This document shows positions 15,148-20,346 of a stretch of 20,346 nucleotides of DNA, one piece after another. Numbering within the stretch: the stretch's first letter is position 1; each line of letters opens with the position of its first letter. The position numbers were made by a program, and so were the translations under genes. The stretch is taken from UHGV virus genome UHGV-0243115; one strand, 5' to 3'. Source of the DNA: a virus. The notes beneath the pieces are model-generated. The model saw only the letters and a program-made list of their open reading frames with translations. It had not been told where the DNA came from and searched no databases.

Positions 15148-17898
15148 ACTGGTCAGGCTACCCCGCAGCAGGTCTGCTTTGCGGTGGGCGCGTTCAGTGG
15201 TTTCACTGATTCTCTGTGCGTGCTCTGCGTCACGGATGGCGCGCAGCATGTCAGAAAGCACGGTAACGGGGGTTTTCATGGTGTTCTGGTCCTGCTGAAG
15301 TGTGGATGCCAGGTGTGCGGCGGCTTCGGGGTCTGATGCCCCCAGCTGTTCCAGATAGCTGGCGACCGGGTTATGGCGGATCTCCGTGCTGCTTACGCCG
15401 TGATTACGGCTCAGGCGCTGCCAGAGTTGCGTGATTCGGCTGTCCGGGCGGGTATCTGGTTTGCGTACAATTTCAAATCCCTGCGGTGCAATGATGCTGC
15501 CGTCAACGTACAGACTGCCGCCCCGTAACAGGTGCTGCATCTGCTGTTCACCGATATGCAGGCCGAGAGATTCAGCAGACTCCCGCCATTCTTTAGCGAG
15601 TAACTCGTGGTTATCAGGCAAAGGCCGTGGCTGTTTGCGGCTCTGTGTCCAGTTCTGCATTTCATCACTGCTGTTTTTTGCCTGTTTGTCACGCAGCGAA
15701 CGCATCAGCGCCCGGCGTTCGTGCCGTTTCAGTGAGCGCATCCATTCATTCACGTCAACGCCGTCAGGAAGCTGCGGCCACGGTGCTGGCCGTTCTTCCG
15801 GCTGTTCTGTCCCGTTGTTGTCCGTTTCCTGTACACGGGGACAGTTATTGCCACGAGTCCAAGGGGCGGTAGGGCCGCCCTGAAGGTCAAAACCATTTTC
15901 GCGGGCGCTGTCTTCCGCTTCCGGTTTACGTCTTACCAGCTTCCAGTTATCCGGGTGCGTGCACACGCGGGAAGACTCCCCGATGAGCGGCGACCAGATC
16001 CCGTAAATCTGTACACTCTGCTCGCCGTAATCGTTCAGCTCATCTGCGAGGTCGTAGGCGGTGCGAATCAGGTAGTCTTTACGTGGAACAAGTACGCCGC
16101 CCTGTTTTTCAATGTAGGAGGCAAAACACCCGGCATCAGCGGCAGCGAGTACCGCATCCATTGCATCATCCTTCAGCCGTTGCGGGCCTTCCGGGTTGCG
16201 TGCCATCTGGCTGGCAAGGCGGCGGAGTTCACGCCATACCTGACGGGAGGGGATGCCAAAGAACTGGAACTGGCGGACCCGATGAAGACGCGCCCAGCCA
16301 ATGGCGCGCTCCACGCTCTCGGCCATTGATTTTCCGGTTTCGTGGTCAACGCGTGGCTTGCCCGTTTTCGGGTCGATGCCATCTACGGCGCGGCTGTCCA
16401 GGTTTTTTCCGATGTAGGTCGCGATATAGCTGGTTGGTGTGCCTTTTGAGCCGTCGACATACTCCGCCTTAAAGCGCGGAGTAATATCATCGCCCAGTTC
16501 GTGACGATCTTCCTGAATGGCAATATCGCGGGTGATGGCCACGATGCTGTCGATTTCTTCCGGATGAGCAAAGACCATCATATGCCAGTGCACGGTGCCG
16601 TCATGGTGAGGCTCCACCGTGCGGATGCCATACCAGCGCAGGCCGTCGCGGTTCAGTTTTTTGCGGACCGCCGCAAAAAACGTGTTAACCAGGTAATCGC
16701 TGGAGTCGCGCATGGTGGCCCCGTTCCATTTGGGGTTCGGATGACCGTTCTCCGTTGTTGCGTGGTATTTTGACGGGCAGGTGACAGTCAGAAACACCGC
16801 TTTGTCACCACGGGCTTCGGCCAGAAGTTCCAGCCCCTTCATGGTGGCCATCATTTCTGCCTTACGGTGAACCGGGTTACTTACTCCCGCGTAATACACT
16901 GTCTCGAGATCAATCGTGAACCCGTCTTCATTTTCCAGCATGAAACTTTTCAGGAAATCGCGTGTTTTCTCGCGCTGTGCGCGAAACTCGCTTAACGCGT
17001 CCTGGCTCAGATAGGGCGATGTTTTTCTGGAAACCAGACAGGCGGCGCGGAGTTGTTCTTCTCTCCACTCGCAACGTAACAGCCACAGTTTGCGTTTCCA
17101 CCATTCTGCACAGGTCAGGCGAAGGATTGCGCCCGGCAGCAGCTCCGTGTCCGGTTCGTTCCTCCGGTCTTTGTCTGTTGTCAGTGCGTCATAATGTGGA
17201 GGCATGGCGTGCAGGTGTAACGCCATGCGGGCCAGCATCTGATACGCCTTCAGCGTTACATCCATGGTCAGTTCGCCATCGGTCGCGCCAAAGCCATCGC
17301 AGAGTTTTTCGAAGGTGCTGCTGAACATCGCCGCCGTCATGGTGGCCAGTGTCTGTATCTGGTGTTTGTTGAGCTGCGGCAGGTAAAGCAAATCGTCCAG
17401 GCGTTCGCGTCCGGCAAGGGAGCGATAACCCTGTGTCAGCCAGCGGTGATCGGTGCGCTCCAGACGTTCGAATATTTTGCGCAGGTTTCCGCGCGCGTAG
17501 CGTTCAGCCTGCCAGCTCTTTTTGCCTTTCTGACGATCGGCTTCCTGTTTTTTGCGCAGGAAGGAGAGGTGGCGAATAAGCGGATCGCGCAGATAGGACG
17601 GCAGCAGGCGCAGCGAGGCCATGGCTTCATCCACCGCGCCGCGTGCCTGTTTTCTGGCATCTCCTGCCAGTGTGATGGTTTTGTCCTGTTTTTCCTGTGC
17701 GTCCAGGCTTTTATTAATCAGGTTGCCCAGCGGCGTTGCGGAGAACGCCGCATCAGCCATTTCCTGGCGGCGCTCGTTCTCTACCCGGTAGGCATCCAGC
17801 CAGGAGGAAAGCGCGGATTCAGGAGCGGGGATCCCCGTTCCTTCACGCCCCACTGCGTGGCGCGGTTGTTGCCAGTCCCTGATGTACTCTGCCGTCAT
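15076..17898 (-). CDS. A: Replication initiation protein gpA (HUH rolling-circle endonuclease)
   Basis: 940-aa ORF containing an HUH-type motif (TVHWHMMVFA) and a paired-tyrosine motif (SYIATYIGK); position upstream of the hotspot matches P2 gene A. Confidence 0.88.
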   Translation of the reverse strand: MTAEYIRDWQQPRHAVGREGTGIPAPESALSSWLDAYRVENERRQEMADAAFSATPLGNLINKSLDAQEKQDKTITLAGDARKQARGAVDEAMASLRLLPSYLRDPLIRHLSFLRKKQEADRQKGKKSWQAERYARGNLRKIFERLERTDHRWLTQGYRSLAGRERLDDLLYLPQLNKHQIQTLATMTAAMFSSTFEKLCDGFGATDGELTMDVTLKAYQMLARMALHLHAMPPHYDALTTDKDRRNEPDTELLPGAILRLTCAEWWKRKLWLLRCEWREEQLRAACLVSRKTSPYLSQDALSEFRAQREKTRDFLKSFMLENEDGFTIDLETVYYAGVSNPVHRKAEMMATMKGLELLAEARGDKAVFLTVTCPSKYHATTENGHPNPKWNGATMRDSSDYLVNTFFAAVRKKLNRDGLRWYGIRTVEPHHDGTVHWHMMVFAHPEEIDSIVAITRDIAIQEDRHELGDDITPRFKAEYVDGSKGTPTSYIATYIGKNLDSRAVDGIDPKTGKPRVDHETGKSMAESVERAIGWARLHRVRQFQFFGIPSRQVWRELRRLASQMARNPEGPQRLKDDAMDAVLAAADAGCFASYIEKQGGVLVPRKDYLIRTAYDLADELNDYGEQSVQIYGIWSPLIGESSRVCTHPDNWKLVRRKPEAEDSARENGFDLQGGPTAPWTRGNNCPRVQETDNNGTEQPEERPAPWPQLPDGVDVNEWMRSLKRHERRALMRSLRDKQAKNSSDEMQNWTQSRKQPRPLPDNHELLAKEWRESAESLGLHIGEQQMQHLLRGGSLYVDGSIIAPQGFEIVRKPDTRPDSRITQLWQRLSRNHGVSSTEIRHNPVASYLEQLGASDPEAAAHLASTLQQDQNTMKTPVTVLSDMLRAIRDAEHAQRISETTERAHRKADLLRGSLTSGNKKQTETGLTNPVNEQKTCRDI

Positions 17899-17904
17899 AG
17901 TGAT

Positions 17905-18270
17905 TTACTTCGTCATGCCATTCAGGGTGTCGCGGCAGACTGTAGCCAGCCGCTGAATTTCCAGCACGGTGTCTTCTGTGTCGGCATGGCGATGTGTGAT
18001 GCGGATGCTGTCGGCAATCACATCGACGATTGCAGAGGATGGGCGCTGGTAAATGCCAATAACGGACGGGGTGCCACCTTCAATGCGGTAAAGCCTGTAA
18101 TTTCCCTCGTGGCTGTCAATCATGTAGCGACCATCAATAACAATCTTTCCGTCAGCGAGCTGCGGTACAGGCAGGGATTTCAGGTACATGTCATAACGAT
18201 CACGCACGCGAGCGGCAAGATCACGTTCTGTGTTGAGCAGGTATTCAAGAAAGTCGTTGGCGAGAATCAT
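17905..18270 (-). CDS. Hypothetical early protein (P2 orf80-83 neighbourhood)
   Basis: 121-aa ORF with RBS GAGGA upstream; ends 6 nt before the A start. Confidence 0.6.
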   Translation of the reverse strand: MILANDFLEYLLNTERDLAARVRDRYDMYLKSLPVPQLADGKIVIDGRYMIDSHEGNYRLYRIEGGTPSVIGIYQRPSSAIVDVIADSIRITHRHADTEDTVLEIQRLATVCRDTLNGMTK

Positions 18271-18286
18271 TGCGGCAATCCTCTTG

Positions 18287-18415
18287 TTACAGATGTGCGA
18301 AGGCCTCCCGCCGCAAGGTGCAGGAAAGGCCCGGAACAGGAATTAATGGAGTTTGTTTTGCTGCCGGATGAGCTGCTGAAGCCCGACGTGGTTTCCGGCA
18401 GTTGGAGGTGCTCAT
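18287..18415 (-). CDS. Possible small ORF (42 aa, basic, Pro/Ala-rich), translationally coupled to upstream gene
   Basis: ATG at 18415 overlaps the upstream stop as ATGA; encodes MSTSNCRKPRRASAAHPAAKQTPLIPVPGLSCTLRREAFAHL; fills an otherwise empty 141-bp gap. Not in ORF track. Confidence 0.3.
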   Translation of the reverse strand: MSTSNCRKPRRASAAHPAAKQTPLIPVPGLSCTLRREAFAHL

Positions 18416-18657
18416 GCTCTGATTTCCCTCAGTAGCTGGTTGAACATCTGGGTTAGTGGGTTGCTACACCCAAACGGCATCGGGTTTACCTGATAAGAAA
18501 AGCGACCGCCTGTTTTGCGCTCTTTTCTTATGACTGAACCGCTGCGCCAGAGACGGCGTAGCTCCGCATTAATGGTTGTGGTTGGTGTATTCAGTGCTGC
18601 GGCGATTTCTCCACCGCTACAACCCGGATTGGCAGCGATGTAGTCCAGAATGATCAT
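18412..18657 (-). CDS. Small putative winged-helix DNA-binding protein
   Basis: 81-aa ORF ...GEIAAALNTPTTTINAELRRLWRSGSVIRKERKTGGRFSY...; helix-turn-helix then beta-hairpin-like pattern. Confidence 0.55.
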   Translation of the reverse strand: MIILDYIAANPGCSGGEIAAALNTPTTTINAELRRLWRSGSVIRKERKTGGRFSYQVNPMPFGCSNPLTQMFNQLLREIRA

Positions 18658-18857
18658 CTGCGTGACTCCTGTACCTGTCTGATAAGATTTACCTGCACCA
18701 CGTTGGTGGCGCAGAAGTAAGTGCCGTCAGTGAGATAGATGTGATGTGCATCCTTTTCTGAACGGTGTTTGTCGATTGTGGTAATCAGGCGTTCGTCAAC
18801 TTCGTATTCACGTCCTCTGGAGGTGAAACGAACGACAGGAAAATGCTTAATTGCCAT
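18654..18857 (-). CDS. Hypothetical early protein (67 aa from ATG 18857)
   Basis: Track ORF 18654..18908 starts at a GTG; the internal ATG at 18857 has a perfect AGGAGG RBS 5 nt upstream (MAIKHFPVVRFTSRGREYEVDERL...). Confidence 0.6.
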   Translation of the reverse strand: MAIKHFPVVRFTSRGREYEVDERLITTIDKHRSEKDAHHIYLTDGTYFCATNVVQVNLIRQVQESRR

Positions 18858-18943
18858 TACGCCTCCTTGGCGTGTGCGAATACCTCCGCGAATGCGGATT
18901 GTTTTCACATTTTCTTATTTAACCTGGGGTCTTATTTGCGCGG

Positions 18944-19057
18944 TTATTCTTCAGTGAAAAAGCGTTCAATCTTTTTTACTGAATTAATAATTCGCATAAT
19001 CCCAATGGCGCAGACCACCGAAATAATCAGAACAAGCCATGAGATAAATATACTCAT
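18944..19057 (-). CDS. Unannotated small membrane peptide (37 aa, single TM helix)
   Basis: ATG at 19057 overlaps the stop of the upstream 81-aa gene (ATGA). Encodes MSIFISWLVLIISVVCAIGIMRIINSVKKIERFFTEE: hydrophobic helix then charged tail. Not in ORF track (too short). Confidence 0.5.
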   Translation of the reverse strand: MSIFISWLVLIISVVCAIGIMRIINSVKKIERFFTEE

Positions 19058-19299
19058 GCGATATTTCCCAGCTTATACGGTTCAATATGTTCCCCGCATT
19101 CTGCGGCACAGATCAGCTCGGAAAGTTCGTTAAGTGCATCCAGATCATCAGCGTAAAAAGCCACGTCATACAGACTTCGGATTGCTCTGGTCAATGAGTC
19201 ACGGGCCGCACGTTCAGCATGAGCGCCTGATGCACTTAAGCGAAAATAAAAACGCTCAAGTGCTTTGTTAATGAGAGTTTTATATTCTTTGCCCATCAC
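19054..19299 (-). CDS. Hypothetical early protein
   Basis: 81-aa ORF in the co-directional early gene run; no recognisable motif. Confidence 0.5.
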   Translation of the reverse strand: MMGKEYKTLINKALERFYFRLSASGAHAERAARDSLTRAIRSLYDVAFYADDLDALNELSELICAAECGEHIEPYKLGNIA

Positions 19300-19307
19300 A
19301 ACGCCCT

Positions 19308-19595
19308 TTAATCTGCTTTCTGTATTTCAGCTTCTGAATCCATACAAATAATTTCGATATAGGGTTCATCGCCATTAACCTGGCGTGCCTTTTCAGCTTC
19401 GCTAATGATTTCTCGTACGGTCTGGTACGGAAGTTCCACAAGCAGTCGCGTGCCGTTCAGATAAACGTAAGTGGCTTCGTCGGCTCCGTTTTTACCCGCC
19501 GGAGTCACTCCGTCAATAGCGGATGCACGTAATAACAGTTCACCGCGAAAATCAATAAAACGGATAAATACACCTTGTGCATGGTCTTTGGTCAT
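19308..19595 (-). CDS. Hypothetical early protein (95 aa from ATG 19595)
   Basis: Track ORF 19308..19709 overlaps the upstream gene; the internal ATG at 19595 (MTKDHAQGVFIRF...) sits 11 nt after that gene's stop with an AGGTG RBS. Confidence 0.55.
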   Translation of the reverse strand: MTKDHAQGVFIRFIDFRGELLLRASAIDGVTPAGKNGADEATYVYLNGTRLLVELPYQTVREIISEAEKARQVNGDEPYIEIICMDSEAEIQKAD

Positions 19596-19605
19596 AAAGC
19601 ACCTG

Positions 19606-19944
19606 TTATAAATCAGTCTGTTTAATAAAACTTTGCCCGCGAAGCAGACGATCAACCGTGCGAAGTGCTTCGTATAATGTGAAATCCTGCCCGAACTGAT
19701 TGTCGCCACAGCTCAATGCAAAAATGCGGTTTCCGGTAAACGGATTGCGTGGGCATTTGTGGATCACGATTCCAGCTTTCTCAATCAGCCAGGTGTGCTC
19801 GCCGATTTGTTTTACTGGGTAGCCATCCGGCGTTGCGTGTGTATCACTCAGGCTGTAGCGGATGTTGCTGCGTGATGCACTGGTAGTGAAACGGTTAGCG
19901 TGGCGTTCTGTTCCGGTACGAAAATTACGGCGTTGCTTCAGCAT
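19606..19944 (-). CDS. Hypothetical early protein; 5' end and upstream region lie inside the 140-bp direct repeat
   Basis: 112-aa ORF MLKQRRNFRTGTERHANRFTTS...; a GAGG RBS sits upstream of ATG 19944. Confidence 0.6.
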   Translation of the reverse strand: MLKQRRNFRTGTERHANRFTTSASRSNIRYSLSDTHATPDGYPVKQIGEHTWLIEKAGIVIHKCPRNPFTGNRIFALSCGDNQFGQDFTLYEALRTVDRLLRGQSFIKQTDL

Positions 19945-20017
19945 AAAATGACACCTCGTTATTTTGTCATCTGCACGTATTTTTCTGCGCTCCTGATTGT
20001 TTTCAGGAAAAGAGCGA
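19878..20017. repeat. Direct repeat copy 1 (140 bp, perfect)
   Basis: 19878-20017 is identical to 20207-20346 (offset 329 bp); contains the first 22 codons plus the upstream region of the 112-aa gene. Confidence 0.9.
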
Positions 20018-20215
20018 AGAGATTTACTGTGCGTCTTGAGTTCTTTTCACTTTGAGCGTTTAGCAGCGTTCTATCTCTACCGCGATGAGCATGGGTTACC
20101 AGTACTTGAAGAAAGCCTGAAAGATTACGCAAAGCGTACCAACCAAGCTGTTAACACAGTGAAAAGACAGGCTGACAGAGGTTCAATTCCCATCAACCAA
20201 GATGAACACTGGTAG
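19997..20215 (+). other. ORF fragment with a Cox/excisionase-like helix-turn-helix signature; no canonical start codon (possible gene remnant)
   Basis: Track ORF (TTG start) ends ...LKDYAKRTNQAVNTVKRQADRGSIPINQDEHW*, which resembles the P2 Cox HTH segment (FAKLIGKSTGAVRRMIDKGKLPV); no in-frame ATG/GTG; stop lies inside repeat copy 2. Confidence 0.3.
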
Positions 20216-20346
20216 TGAAACGGTTAGCGTGGCGTTCTGTTCCGGTACGAAAATTACGGCGTTGCTTCAGCATAAAATGACACCTCGTTATTTTGTCATC
20301 TGCACGTATTTTTCTGCGCTCCTGATTGTTTTCAGGAAAAGAGCGA
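20207..20346. repeat. Direct repeat copy 2 (at least 140 bp; truncated by window end)
   Basis: Identical to 19878-20017. On the minus strand it recreates the same RBS/ATG (20273) and 22 codons, then runs into the unique segment and stops after 4 more codons (MLKQRRNFRTGTERHANRFTTSVHLG*). Confidence 0.9.

Noticed and set aside
17362-18435. 357-aa plus-strand ORF
   Set aside because: Antisense to replication gene A and the downstream early gene; Cys/Arg/Ala-rich with no recognisable domain.
20170-20200. tRNA-like T-loop motif GGTTCAATTCC, considered as a tRNA 3' end or att site
   Set aside because: The flanking bases do not form a T-stem (agagg versus cccat) and no acceptor-stem complement or CCA context is present; more likely just coding sequence of the HTH fragment.

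Overview
This window is almost entirely a P2-like (Peduovirus-type) prophage segment, probably from an enterobacterial host; no rRNA, tRNA, CRISPR array, IS element or integrase was found. Reading left to right: minus-strand late genes H (partial, runs off the left edge)-I-J-W-V-S-R, a lysis cassette (overlapped spanins, M15-peptidase endolysin, holin), then X-L-M-N-O; divergent plus-strand P (terminase ATPase) and Q (portal); a ~490-bp non-coding cos-proximal region; a three-gene cargo module on the minus strand (ParM-like actin ATPase, ParR-like protein, Zn-ribbon/coiled-coil protein); replication initiator A; and a run of small early genes. The most interesting item is the cargo module: it sits between A and cos, where P2 carries old/tin and where P2-like prophages keep variable accessory/defence cargo, and it is a plasmid-type ParMRC-like cassette plus an unknown protein flanked by matching hairpins. 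Other anomalies: scaffold gene O is split by a short inversion with inverted duplications at both junctions; a perfect direct repeat of at least 140 bp brackets a 189-bp segment at the right edge; and two small ORFs missing from the ORF track are translationally coupled to neighbours, one of them a 37-aa single-TM peptide. Homology calls rest on recalled family sequences and motifs read from the translations, not on searches; coordinates I derived myself may be off by 1-2 nt.
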